Virus record (IMG/VR): IMGVR_UViG_3300037419_000074
Location: 1-34,965 of that record
Source of the DNA: a virus
Lineage: Duplodnaviria; Caudoviricetes
Reading direction: 5' to 3' (one strand)
Length of the DNA stretch: 34,965 nt
Positions 1 through 9,187 of this stretch are shown piece by piece. The position numbers were made by a program, and so were the translations under genes. Under the pieces are notes generated by a model. The model saw nothing but the letters and a program-made list of their open reading frames with translations, was not told where the DNA came from and ran no database searches. Numbering within the stretch: the first letter of the stretch is position 1; each line of letters opens with the position of its first letter.

Positions 1-356
1 GGATGCGGGTCCTAGGAATCACTCGTAAGTCGACTTATAGGTGGAAGAATAACGAAGAGAAGGAAACCGGGGATAAGCCGGATGTAGAAGCCTTCTTCTA
101 CCGTGACACCGGTTGTTTTGGCGTCCAAGGGCATCCTGAATATGCGAACTGTAATCGGTTCCAGACTTGGGTTCTAGAGATGATTAACGAACTCTTTCTT
201 ATGTCTCCTGACTACGAATGGCAGGGCAGAGAAGAGGGCGGGAAGTATCGAATGAAGAAAGATCTTATCATCGAAAGAGAAGGGATCTATCAAGAATCGG
301 ATGCAAACATGAAGGCTTACATCGAACAGGCTTATTCGAATAGAACGGAGGCTTAA
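1..356 (+). CDS. Class I glutamine amidotransferase-like / peptidase C26 protein, C-terminal part (probably truncated by window edge)
   Basis: FGVQGHPE matches the class I GATase His-Pro-Glu catalytic motif; directly abuts the class II GATase gene. Confidence 0.65.
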   Translation, partial: MRVLGITRKSTYRWKNNEEKETGDKPDVEAFFYRDTGCFGVQGHPEYANCNRFQTWVLEMINELFLMSPDYEWQGREEGGKYRMKKDLIIEREGIYQESDANMKAYIEQAYSNRTEA

Positions 357-1625
357 GTGTGTGGAATTATCGGCATGGCGGGAGACACAAACTACCGCGA
401 TGAGAATACAGTCAAACGACTCCTCGTCCTAGATACGATGCGGGGACAAGATTCGACAGGGCTTGCTGCCGTCAGGAAGTCCGGTAAAGAAGTAACTGTC
501 GCTAAGATGTCATCGCATCCGTTCATTTTATTCGAAATGAAGCGGTTCACCGACGCCCTTAGCTACGGTCAGTGTAAGGCATTCATCGGCCACAACCGAT
601 CAGCGACATCGGGTGATGCCAGAAAGGAAACTAACGCCCATCCATTCCAGTACGGCCATATCACTGGTGTCCATAACGGAACACTAGCGGATGGTGACAA
701 GGAGATTTTAGAAAGGAAGCTTGGTGAGAAGTTTGACGTAGACTCCCAGGCTCTCTTCGCAGCATTCGCTAAGTTCGGAGCCAAGGAAGTAATTCCGTTG
801 TTGACTAGAGGCAAGGATTACGTCCGAGGGGCTTGGAGTCTTGTGTGGTGGGACACGGAGGCGAATACTCTAAACTTCCTCCGAAATGAACATCGTCCGA
901 TGTGGTACTGTTACACCGAAGACTGTAAGCAACTTTGGTGGGCTAGTGAATTCTGGATGCTCGATGCCGCTCTAAATCATACCCAAATCGGGAGTTATAA
1001 GTTCTTCCTTCATCCAAGTAAGGACAATCCGGAGAAGAAGTTCAAGTTCCGACAGACACCTACTGATATGTGGTTGTCTATTGACGTCGACAAACTGGCA
1101 AAGGGCGGAAAAGAGCCTCCAAAATTCACTGCGATTCCGTTGGCGGGAAAGGAGCCTAAGGCGAAGGAGCCGTATGACCCTTTTCCCCATTCACATCAGC
1201 ATGGGAGCTCATGTGGTCAGAGTTCCGGGGGAAACGTCATGAGGGAGAGATTGGAAGCCCTGAGAGCTGCAGCGAAGACGAAGTCTGGACAGACGACGAA
1301 ATCAACGACCTCTTCGACCAAGGACCGGCGTTCTGTTGAGCCCGGCGTAGTTCATCTAATCGGCGACACCGAAAGCCCTTACGCCAACTACATAAGTGAC
1401 TTCGAGTTCGCTCGTGTCGGTCACGATCACAGAAACGGCGAGCCGGTATGCAACTGGTGTCGTCGGACGGTTCCATACGGAATGGCAGGAATTACGGTAT
1501 TCTTTCGTGATAACGTCTTGTTATGTACTCGTTGTTCAGGACACGATGAAGTCTCTATTCTTTCAGATATTGCACCACCATCGAGATTTCTTATCACCAA
1601 AGCAATGATGACGGAGATTAGATAG
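357..1625 (+). CDS. Class II (Ntn) glutamine amidotransferase with C-terminal Cys-rich extension
   Basis: N-terminal MCGIIG nucleophile Cys, RGQDSTG, GHNRSAT, NAHPF, HNGTL and DS motifs; GGAGG RBS before GTG; C-terminal CNWC...CTRC. Confidence 0.9.
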   Translation: MCGIIGMAGDTNYRDENTVKRLLVLDTMRGQDSTGLAAVRKSGKEVTVAKMSSHPFILFEMKRFTDALSYGQCKAFIGHNRSATSGDARKETNAHPFQYGHITGVHNGTLADGDKEILERKLGEKFDVDSQALFAAFAKFGAKEVIPLLTRGKDYVRGAWSLVWWDTEANTLNFLRNEHRPMWYCYTEDCKQLWWASEFWMLDAALNHTQIGSYKFFLHPSKDNPEKKFKFRQTPTDMWLSIDVDKLAKGGKEPPKFTAIPLAGKEPKAKEPYDPFPHSHQHGSSCGQSSGGNVMRERLEALRAAAKTKSGQTTKSTTSSTKDRRSVEPGVVHLIGDTESPYANYISDFEFARVGHDHRNGEPVCNWCRRTVPYGMAGITVFFRDNVLLCTRCSGHDEVSILSDIAPPSRFLITKAMMTEIR

Positions 1626-2590
1626 TGCCTACTTTTGATGATTTTCCCCTCCCGCCGGGAGCATTTGCAGTCAACACTCCCCACGGAGTTAAGATTGCGA
1701 AGAAGTTCGGTAAAAGAATCCAAATACCAGAGGATGGAGAAATGCCAGCTATTCAAGCCCGGAACGGATTTACGTTCGGTGCCGATCCGGAATGTTTCGT
1801 GTTCGACGGAAACGGTAAGCCAGTGGCTCCGACTATGATTCCGGGTTCAAAGCAAGAACCTCATAGGGTTCCCGGCGGGGCAGTTCAGCGTGACGGCATG
1901 GCTGCGGAGTTTAACGTCGACAAAGCCCATGACTTCGCTACTTGGAATCGGAATTTCGAGCTAGTTATCACGGCTCTGAAGGGATTCTTGCCGAAAGACT
2001 ACGAACTTCGCTTCATTCCTTCTGTCGAATTCGATGAAGAGACGTTCTCAGATGCACCGGATGAGTATAAAATTCTAGGTTGCGATCCAGATTGGAATGC
2101 TTGGGACGGAGATTTAAATCCTCCTCCTAACTGCGCAGATCGCCCATTCCTGCGGACTGCATCGGGACACATCCACATCGGATGGGGTAACGACTACTCT
2201 ATGGATGATATGTTCCATCAACAGAACTGCTTCGACCTAGTTAAGCAGCTCGATTGGTGGTTGGCGGGATGGAGTCTTAAGCTCGATCCAGATACAACCA
2301 GACGGTTGCTGTACGGACAAGCTGGCGCCTGTCGCATTAAGCCCTATGGCGTCGAATACCGGACGCTCAGCAACTTCTGGGTCACGAGCAGAGAACGGCG
2401 ACTGACTGTATGGAACAGGATGCAACGGGCAATTATAGGGATGTCGGAAGGAGGCTTGTTCGAGAAAGCCCCGGCGGGGTATAACGACAAACTTCGTGAG
2501 GCCATTAATACCGGGAAGATGGACGAGGCGTTCAGAAAAGCCTGTCGATATCCACTTCAGGTAGAACAATCAGCTTACGCTAGCTTCTAA
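1625..2590 (+). CDS. phiEco32-like COOH-NH2 ligase (type 2)
   Basis: FGADPE, DGMAAEFN, GCDPD, GHIHIG, KPYGVEYRTLSNFW motifs typical of this phage ligase family. Confidence 0.88.
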   Translation: MPTFDDFPLPPGAFAVNTPHGVKIAKKFGKRIQIPEDGEMPAIQARNGFTFGADPECFVFDGNGKPVAPTMIPGSKQEPHRVPGGAVQRDGMAAEFNVDKAHDFATWNRNFELVITALKGFLPKDYELRFIPSVEFDEETFSDAPDEYKILGCDPDWNAWDGDLNPPPNCADRPFLRTASGHIHIGWGNDYSMDDMFHQQNCFDLVKQLDWWLAGWSLKLDPDTTRRLLYGQAGACRIKPYGVEYRTLSNFWVTSRERRLTVWNRMQRAIIGMSEGGLFEKAPAGYNDKLREAINTGKMDEAFRKACRYPLQVEQSAYASF

Positions 2591-2607
2591 GGCCAGAGGA
2601 GGAGAAA

Positions 2608-3414
2608 GTGAAGCATCCTAATTTCTTTGAGACACCGGCTGAGGCTCAGATGCGGCTGGTTAACACCGTCATTTACTACCACGGACCCGGAGAAGAAGGC
2701 CCTTACTTCGTCTTTGCCGCCACGGATCATAAAGACGGTAAGTTCAGAATCTATATGAAGCGGTTGGGGCAGAAATACCTTATCGAGGGGCTTCATAGCT
2801 CCCACATCCCTAGCAACCACATAGGCCGTAGTGACCCGTCATTAGCCGGGGCTATGGACAAGTTCATGACGCAGTATCCATCGATGAATATCGTCAGGAA
2901 GCAGATGGACTCTCCTCACTTCAACAACTTCCGTCCATTTCCGTTAGGGATGATGAACCAAGTCAGTCGAGACAAAGACGGAAGGGGTGTGGACTGTCGT
3001 TGCCTGTATCTAGAGCGGCAACCTAACAGGAAGACAGAGCAGGGACTGATTACCTCGATGGTATATGTCTCGCCTGTCACTGCAGCTATGAAGCGTAGTC
3101 CATCTCAAGCAGGCTATGCCTTCGATATGTGGGCTCCTGAGTTTCTAGATTGTGTCGAAGGGAATTATCCGAATCCTGACGTCTGTCTATCGAAGCTCCG
3201 TGATCCTAAGATCGACAACGAAGCCGTGGCGTTTTCGAGATACTTCGCCTTCGTAAGAGGGCCAATCGACATGATCTTCCTTAGTTATAAGGGCGAGATT
3301 GTCGGAATGCTTGATAACAATAACCTGTCACAAGTCACAATCGGACGAGAACATAGGTATACAAGAGAAGCCGTAAGTGATTTGCGTATCTTTGAAGCCG
3401 TGAAAGGAAGATAA
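2608..3414 (+). CDS. Hypothetical protein within the amidoligase cluster
   Basis: 268-aa ORF, strong GAGGAG RBS before GTG, abuts the next gene; no motif recognised. Confidence 0.75.
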   Translation: MKHPNFFETPAEAQMRLVNTVIYYHGPGEEGPYFVFAATDHKDGKFRIYMKRLGQKYLIEGLHSSHIPSNHIGRSDPSLAGAMDKFMTQYPSMNIVRKQMDSPHFNNFRPFPLGMMNQVSRDKDGRGVDCRCLYLERQPNRKTEQGLITSMVYVSPVTAAMKRSPSQAGYAFDMWAPEFLDCVEGNYPNPDVCLSKLRDPKIDNEAVAFSRYFAFVRGPIDMIFLSYKGEIVGMLDNNNLSQVTIGREHRYTREAVSDLRIFEAVKGR

Positions 3415-4575
3415 GTGCTCAAATCCAATAAGAATACGAATAAGAAGGAGCCGGACGTATTCATCAAGCGTCCAGAGGTTACGCCCGGATTAACTCTCGC
3501 TATGGCGATAGGGCTGGATAAGAAGAAGCTCAGGGAGGGTGAAGTCGGTATTGAAATCGAGGTAGAAGGCAAGCGACTGCCGGGGCTGAATGGCGGGCTT
3601 GTGCCTCCTCCGTGGAAGTATCACGCAGATCACAGTCTCCGTGGCGACGAGACAGGGGAGTATGTCCTAGACGCGCCTGTCATGTTCTCTGAGGTACCGC
3701 AGGCTCTTGAGACTCTGTGGAATGCATTCGAAACGTCTAAAACCGTATTCAATGACAGCAATAGGACTTCAGTGCACATCCACCTAAACTGCCAGAGGTT
3801 TCATATCAACAGGCTGGCTGGCTTTGCGGCTCTGCATTTCGCGTTAGAAGAAGTTCTGACGGAGTTCTGCGGGGAGCATCGTGTAGGTAATCTCTTCTGT
3901 CTCCGAGGCAAGGATGCCGAAGCTATTGTGACTTGGCTTAAGAAGTTTATCCAGTATGACGGTGAATACGAGCTACCGGATGGGCTTCACTACGCGGGAT
4001 TTAATGCCTCGGCTCTTCAGAAGTTCGGTAGCATCGAAATCAGGACACTGAGGGGGGTGTCGAATCCTAACATCATCCAAGACTGGGTGGCTATCTACGA
4101 GCGTCTGTATAAGTTCTCAGGAGATTTTAAGGACCCATCAGAGCTAGTGGGATTGTTCTCAATGGACGGGCCTACTGCCTTCTTTAATACCGTACTAGGA
4201 GACAAGGCAGACATCCTCCGTAACGGTTGTGGGATGACCGGAGAGCAGATTGCTGACAGTCTCTACGCCGGTATACGCAGGGCTCAGGATATCGCTTATT
4301 GTCGAGACTGGTCTGAGTTCAGGGCAATCGACGTCTCTGATAACCCGTTCGGGATGCCTAAGAATAGGTTGATTAAGAAGGTGATGCAGGCGGCGGGTAT
4401 TTCTGAAGTATATGCAGAACCTGTAGTAGCATTGCAACCCGAATATGATGAAGAGGAGATGCCTCCATATAATGATTCAGTTCACTTACAGCAAATGTGG
4501 CAACAGGTGAGTCAAATGTACTCTGGTACAAGCGTAAACCCGGCACCAACTCCGGATAACGGTTGGGATCTGTAG
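3415..4575 (+). CDS. Putative amidoligase enzyme (Amidoligase_2-like COOH-NH2 ligase)
   Basis: VGIEIEVE, DHSLRG..GEYV, RTSVHIH, KFGSIEIR motifs; acidic low-complexity C-terminus. Confidence 0.82.
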   Translation: MLKSNKNTNKKEPDVFIKRPEVTPGLTLAMAIGLDKKKLREGEVGIEIEVEGKRLPGLNGGLVPPPWKYHADHSLRGDETGEYVLDAPVMFSEVPQALETLWNAFETSKTVFNDSNRTSVHIHLNCQRFHINRLAGFAALHFALEEVLTEFCGEHRVGNLFCLRGKDAEAIVTWLKKFIQYDGEYELPDGLHYAGFNASALQKFGSIEIRTLRGVSNPNIIQDWVAIYERLYKFSGDFKDPSELVGLFSMDGPTAFFNTVLGDKADILRNGCGMTGEQIADSLYAGIRRAQDIAYCRDWSEFRAIDVSDNPFGMPKNRLIKKVMQAAGISEVYAEPVVALQPEYDEEEMPPYNDSVHLQQMWQQVSQMYSGTSVNPAPTPDNGWDL

Positions 4576-4585
4576 AAAGGAAAGA

Positions 4586-5521
4586 GTGATGAAGAAGTTC
4601 TATATCTATGCATATTCGATGGGGTCTAAGGGAGCCAATCTCCTGAAGGAAGAACTCAGCTGTCAGCTGATTAAGCGAGAAGGCAGTCAATTTTCTCCAT
4701 CACCAGACAAGATTGTCATCAACTGGGGAGCTTCAGATTGTCCCGCGAGCTATAACGCGATTAATAAAAACGTAAAGGGGGCTTTGAATAAGGGAACTTT
4801 CTTCGACCGGTTGAAAGGAACCGGCTGCGTTCCTAAGTTCGCTACGAGTAAGCTCGAAGCAGCGGCGACCCTTAAGTTTCCGATATTCTGTCGCACTAAG
4901 CTGGAAGGCAAGGACGGAGAAGGCATCAAGATCGCCGAGACGTGGAATGATTTAGTCGAGGCTAAGCTTTATACCCAGTTTGTTGACAAAACAAGTGAGT
5001 ATCGCATTCACGTAGGTCGAGGAGCCACTGGCTATGAAGTCATCGGCGCCCAGAAGAAGATCAAGAAGTCTGTTCCTGACGGGGAGAATATTCCTGCAGA
5101 CGCCCGTATCTGGGGCGGTGACGTCTATGGCCTCGTCTGGACGGCGAATGGACAGCCGGTTCTGATTCCTGATCCAGTTAAGGCAGTAGTCAAGAAGGCG
5201 TTCGAAAAGTTCCCTGAGCTAACCTTCGCTGCCTTCGATTGCATCTTCAACAACTCCACCGGCGAGGCTTATGTCCTCGAAGCCAATACGGCACCGATGG
5301 GAACTCCGGAGACAATGAAGCGTTATGCCAAGTTCTTCAAGTCCCTCCACCCAGATGTCGGAGTCGAAACTCCTGCTGCAACGCCTGCAAGCCCGGCGCC
5401 AGCAGCGGCTAGCCCGGTTACAAACACAATTAGTCCAACACCTTCTCTCCCAGTAATCACTGTTGAGCAGGTGAAGGCGGCGCAGGTGGTTATTAATGCA
5501 TATATTGCCCAACACAGCTAG
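4586..5521 (+). CDS. ATP-grasp ligase (phiEco32-like)
   Basis: INWG, EYRIHV, AFDCIF and VLEANTAP ATP-grasp motifs; Pro/Ala-rich C-terminal linker. Confidence 0.85.
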   Translation: MMKKFYIYAYSMGSKGANLLKEELSCQLIKREGSQFSPSPDKIVINWGASDCPASYNAINKNVKGALNKGTFFDRLKGTGCVPKFATSKLEAAATLKFPIFCRTKLEGKDGEGIKIAETWNDLVEAKLYTQFVDKTSEYRIHVGRGATGYEVIGAQKKIKKSVPDGENIPADARIWGGDVYGLVWTANGQPVLIPDPVKAVVKKAFEKFPELTFAAFDCIFNNSTGEAYVLEANTAPMGTPETMKRYAKFFKSLHPDVGVETPAATPASPAPAAASPVTNTISPTPSLPVITVEQVKAAQVVINAYIAQHS

Positions 5522-5577
5522 AGCAGAGTTTCAGGCCGTGTTGAGGATGGCCTTCGGATATCAACCTATGGAGATTT

Positions 5578-5811
5578 ATGATGCTTTACCAGCTACTAGC
5601 TCCGAGGCTAGTGAAGCCGGAGTTTCAGTTAAAACCAGAAGTCGAGTCTTGCCCTTGTCGGGTGTGCAGATCGGACATGGCATACATCGTGCCTTGCGAA
5701 TCGCCGGTCGAAATAGTTCCGGTGTACGTGATCGATGCCCCGGAAACTAAACAAGAAGCTCCGAAGACAGCTCAAAAGACTCGAAAGAGCAATCAAGGAA
5801 GGAAAATTTGA
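5578..5811 (+). CDS. Hypothetical protein (CxCxxC)
   Basis: GGAG RBS upstream; overlaps start of next ORF. Confidence 0.55.
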   Translation: MMLYQLLAPRLVKPEFQLKPEVESCPCRVCRSDMAYIVPCESPVEIVPVYVIDAPETKQEAPKTAQKTRKSNQGRKI

Positions 5812-6149
5812 TGTACAAAGTCGGTGATATAGTCTATAATAAGTCGGGGCATGAGGTCCGTATCATCAGCACCGATGCTGCTTTTCAGCAGACTCTTTCT
5901 TCAAAGATATGTAATATAATTGCAGTGGTAAAGATGCCGAGCCCGGCTGGTACGACACAGTGTATTTATTACTTCGATGAACAAGGGCGTTTCGCCGGAA
6001 ATGGCCATATTCAATACGATCTTCTACCAAACGAGCCGACTAAAGAAGAAGAATCTTTGATTATGGATATTTTGTCCATGCGAGATTCTTGTGAACGCGA
6101 TACAGAAGAAAAGTTGCTTAAGATCATTCGTCAACTACGGAGGAAGTAA
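5808..6149 (+). CDS. Hypothetical protein
   Basis: AAGGAAGG RBS; YKVGDIV beta-rich N-terminus common in small phage proteins. Confidence 0.7.
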   Translation: MMYKVGDIVYNKSGHEVRIISTDAAFQQTLSSKICNIIAVVKMPSPAGTTQCIYYFDEQGRFAGNGHIQYDLLPNEPTKEEESLIMDILSMRDSCERDTEEKLLKIIRQLRRK

Positions 6150-6295
6150 TGGGTCACAAGGCTTCTCCTAGAAGGACAGGGAAGATGAGGAAACAGGTCA
6201 TTCCTTGGTCGTTTAAGACGATTCTTAAGGTTCCTAAGAAAGCGAAGGGAAGCCAGAAGCAAGAAGTCGTCGTCCACACTCCTCCGACATGGTGA
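6149..6295 (+). CDS. Small basic hypothetical protein (48 aa, not in ORF track)
   Basis: TAATG coupling with previous gene and GGAGG RBS; MGHKASPRRTGK...HTPPTW. Confidence 0.55.
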   Translation: MGHKASPRRTGKMRKQVIPWSFKTILKVPKKAKGSQKQEVVVHTPPTW

Positions 6296-6298
6296 TAT

Positions 6299-6496
6299 AT
6301 GAAGTGCCCAGTTTGCCAAAATGAGATGGCCTTTTGCTCACAAATAGGTGAGTACTGTATGACTAGCTCGTGTCCTGTCTTGGATGATGCCGATCTCTGG
6401 TATAAAAACTCCGAAGGAGAGTGGCAAAAACAGAAGTGGGTGGCAACCAAGACCAAAAGAGGTTACCGACTCACCTTAACTCCTAAGGAAACTTGA
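6299..6496 (+). CDS. Small Cys-rich (Zn-finger-like) protein
   Basis: MKCPVC...C.....C....C; fits tiling of + strand ORFs. Confidence 0.6.
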   Translation: MKCPVCQNEMAFCSQIGEYCMTSSCPVLDDADLWYKNSEGEWQKQKWVATKTKRGYRLTLTPKET

Positions 6497-6498
6497 TT

Positions 6499-6633
6499 AT
6501 GAAAGAAGAAAGACTGTCACTACATAAGTTCAAGATGCTTGAGCGAAGAGATCGTCAGTTAGCTCGCAGACCTGATCGAGATGCTCGGTTGGTGTATTTC
6601 TCCAAGAACTCACTGCCTGAGTACCGTAAGTGA
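6499..6633 (+). CDS. Small basic hypothetical protein (44 aa, not in ORF track)
   Basis: AAGGA RBS; MKEERLSLHKFK...PEYRK; starts just after previous stop. Confidence 0.5.
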   Translation: MKEERLSLHKFKMLERRDRQLARRPDRDARLVYFSKNSLPEYRK

Positions 6634-6782
6634 CATGTACTCACACCAAGAAACCGCCTATTCAAAAGCTCCACTGTTACATATGTGGGAGTTGTCGCAA
6701 AGTTCTACATAGAGAAGAAGCTGCCTATATACTGGCTTCATTCGAGCTCTTTCCTGACGGCCCTGCTGTCGACCTTCAATAA
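6630..6782 (+). CDS. Small Cys-rich hypothetical protein (50 aa, not in ORF track)
   Basis: GTGA overlap with previous stop; contains HCYICGSC. Confidence 0.4.
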   Translation: MTCTHTKKPPIQKLHCYICGSCRKVLHREEAAYILASFELFPDGPAVDLQ

Positions 6783-6851
6783 AAATTAGTAACTAGTAAT
6801 CCGGGCGGGATGCGTACGAAGGCCCGCCATAGCGCTATAAGGAGTATCGAG

Positions 6852-7076
6852 ATGCGTTGCGATATCTGTGATCGGGTTATCAACGAACCGAAGTATAACC
6901 CTGACCATAAATCCTATGAGCCATGCGATACCTGTATGGACGTCATAGAAGACACTCTCGCCGGGTTTACAGACAAGCCTGCCGCAGGAGAGGGTGAAAT
7001 CTCCCTAGACCCTCTGTGGGATGAGGTATTTCCCACAATGTACGATCCATTTGGAGACGGCGGTACAGAGGTTTAA
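6852..7076 (+). CDS. Zn-finger-like hypothetical protein
   Basis: AAGGAG RBS favours ATG 6852 over 6810; CDIC...CDTC and acidic C-terminus. Confidence 0.65.
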   Translation: MRCDICDRVINEPKYNPDHKSYEPCDTCMDVIEDTLAGFTDKPAAGEGEISLDPLWDEVFPTMYDPFGDGGTEV

Positions 7077-7085
7077 AAATAATAC

Positions 7086-7113
7086 TTGACAAATCCGTCA
7101 ACCATGGTATAAT
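7086..7113 (+). promoter_or_regulatory. Sigma70-type promoter upstream of HNH/primase-helicase
   Basis: TTGACA (7086-7091), 16-nt spacer, TGn extension, TATAAT (7108-7113); AT-rich upstream tract. Confidence 0.85.
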
Positions 7114-7134
7114 ATCATTAATGATTGCCACCCG

Positions 7135-7539
7135 GTGATTATACCCTCCCTCACTGACACAGGATGTATGGACATTAAGGAGCGCTGGCGCGCGTACAAT
7201 CAAAAGTATCACGCCAAACAAACCGTAGAAAACGCTAAAGATTATCGATCTAGGAAGATATTTAATCAGCGTAAAATCGATGCAAGAAAGGCTGGCGTTC
7301 CTTTTGAAATCACCTTAAAATATATCCAAGAATTGCCAGCAGAGATTTGTCCTATTTTCAAAATTCCTCTTGTTTGGGGAGGAAAGTCACACAATACCGC
7401 ATCTTTAGACAGAATAATCCCTGCCAAAGGATACGTAGAAGGAAATGTTCATTGGATTAGTTTACGTGCCAATCTCCTGAAAAGGGACAGCACAAAGGAA
7501 GAGAATGCAAAATTATACGAATGGTTCCAAACCATCTAA
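7135..7539 (+). CDS. HNH-like endonuclease (possible free-standing homing endonuclease)
   Basis: CPIF and ASLDRIIPAKGYVEGNVHWIS..AN..K beta-beta-alpha-metal pattern; looks AT-richer than flanks; start uncertain (GTG 7135 or ATG 7168). Confidence 0.75.
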   Translation: MIIPSLTDTGCMDIKERWRAYNQKYHAKQTVENAKDYRSRKIFNQRKIDARKAGVPFEITLKYIQELPAEICPIFKIPLVWGGKSHNTASLDRIIPAKGYVEGNVHWISLRANLLKRDSTKEENAKLYEWFQTI

Positions 7540-9187
7540 GTTCATTGGTCATGAAAAATGTAACGAATGCGGGTCATCGGATGGGCTAGCGGTCTACGAT
7601 GATGGGCATTCGTTTTGTTTTGTATGCCAAAAACTTGATAATAAGAGGCAAACACAATTGTCCGAACAAGGATTGAGAAATACTAATTTAACTCCCATCA
7701 CCGATGTCTTCCGAGGAATTCCTAAGCGGGGTTTGAAGGAAGAGAGCATCAAGAAATACCTCATTGACGTCTGTATGGATAAGACCATCGACGTCGCCAG
7801 ACGTTACCCGTATTTCAAGAACGGGCTACACGTCGCCAATAAGATCAGAAAGAGGACGGAGAAAGGCTTCTACTGGGAAGCCGGAGATAAAAATGATATC
7901 AATACAGCCGAGCTATTCGGGCAACACTTATTTCCTGCCGGATGCGCAAGAGAAATCACAGTCGTCGAAGGCGAAGATGATGCCCCCTCCGCGTGGCAGC
8001 TTCTGGGTTCTCGTTATCCTGTCGTGTCTGTTAAGTCTGCAGGTAGTGCAGTACAGGACTGTAAACAGAGTTATGAGTACCTTAACTCATTCGACCATGT
8101 AGTCCTTTGTTTCGACAAAGATGAACCAAAGACGAGGCCAGATGGAACAGTTTTCTTTCCCGGACAAGAAGCAGCTAAGAAAGTTGCGGAACTCTTTGCT
8201 CCGGGTAAGGTACGAATTCTTGAGCTTCAGCACGGCAAAGACGCGAATGACTATCTTCAGAAGGAAGTCGATCCAAAGGTCTTCATCAACGAATGGTATC
8301 GTGCCCCGAAGTTCAAGCCAGACGGACTGATCTCTGGAACTGATATGTGGGACAGGATCATTAACCGTCCTACTCACTTCCAGACCGCCTATCCGTTCAC
8401 TGGCGTCAATCAGATGACATACGGAATTCGGTTGTCTGAATTCGTTGTCATCAATGCCCCCACTGGCGTCGGTAAGACGTCATTCTTGAAGGAGGTTGAG
8501 TATGCAGTTCTTACCAACCCTGAAGTACGTGAAAAGGGCTACGGGGTCGGGTTTCTTCACCTTGAGGAACTGGACTCTGACTTGGCCCTCGGGCTCATGT
8601 CTATCCATGCGAATAAACGCTTCGGCTTACCTGACACTAATGCATCCGAAGACGAACTGCGAAAGGCTTTCAGCGAGGTCATTGATACGCCGAGAGTTGT
8701 CATTTACGATCACTTCGGCAGCAATGAAATCGATGCGATTGTCGCTAAAGTTCGACACATGGCGGCCCTCGGTTGTAAGTACATAGTTCTCGATCACTTG
8801 AGTATCGTAGTTTCTGACCAGTCTGGTGACGAAAGGAAACAGCTCGATGAAATCTCCACTAAGCTTAAAACCCTTTGTATGGAAGCCAACATCACACTTA
8901 TCGCTGTCATACATCAAAACCGGCAGGGACAGATTCGTGGGACTGCGGGTGTCGAGCAACTGGCGAATATTGTTATACGTCTGGAACGCGACCTCGTGTC
9001 CCCTGACGCGTGGCGTAGAAATGTCACTAAGGTATGGGTCGAGAAGAATAGGTTTTGTGGTCGAACGGGTCCGGCTGCGTGGTTGTTCTTCGACGACGCG
9101 ACAGGCAGGATGATGGAACTAGACGAAGTAGCAATTACTAAATACGAAGAAGGATTGAGCATTAATGACTCCGACCTCCCATTCTAA
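7505..9187 (+). CDS. T7 gp4-like DNA primase-helicase
   Basis: N-terminal Zn ribbon (CNECGSSD...CFVC), TOPRIM VVEGEDD/FDKD/KDAND, Walker A PTGVGKT, VLDHLS, KNRFCG; acidic tail DSDLPF. Confidence 0.95.
   Translation: MQNYTNGSKPSKFIGHEKCNECGSSDGLAVYDDGHSFCFVCQKLDNKRQTQLSEQGLRNTNLTPITDVFRGIPKRGLKEESIKKYLIDVCMDKTIDVARRYPYFKNGLHVANKIRKRTEKGFYWEAGDKNDINTAELFGQHLFPAGCAREITVVEGEDDAPSAWQLLGSRYPVVSVKSAGSAVQDCKQSYEYLNSFDHVVLCFDKDEPKTRPDGTVFFPGQEAAKKVAELFAPGKVRILELQHGKDANDYLQKEVDPKVFINEWYRAPKFKPDGLISGTDMWDRIINRPTHFQTAYPFTGVNQMTYGIRLSEFVVINAPTGVGKTSFLKEVEYAVLTNPEVREKGYGVGFLHLEELDSDLALGLMSIHANKRFGLPDTNASEDELRKAFSEVIDTPRVVIYDHFGSNEIDAIVAKVRHMAALGCKYIVLDHLSIVVSDQSGDERKQLDEISTKLKTLCMEANITLIAVIHQNRQGQIRGTAGVEQLANIVIRLERDLVSPDAWRRNVTKVWVEKNRFCGRTGPAAWLFFDDATGRMMELDEVAITKYEEGLSINDSDLPF

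Noticed and set aside
1-5521. Amidoligase cluster as PurZ or 7-deazaguanine DNA-modification pathway
   Set aside because: No PurZ, QueC/D/E, FolE or DpdA motifs recognised; motifs match the phiEco32-type ligases.
5533-5553. Hairpin AGGCCGT/ATGGCCT after ATP-grasp gene as terminator
   Set aside because: Short stem with no U-tract; cannot be supported.
5496-5750. 84-aa + strand ORF
   Set aside because: Overlaps the ATP-grasp end and the RBS-supported 5578 ORF; no RBS or motif.
6804-6828. GGCGGG/CCCGCC inverted repeat as terminator
   Set aside because: 6-bp stem, 13-nt loop, no U-tract.
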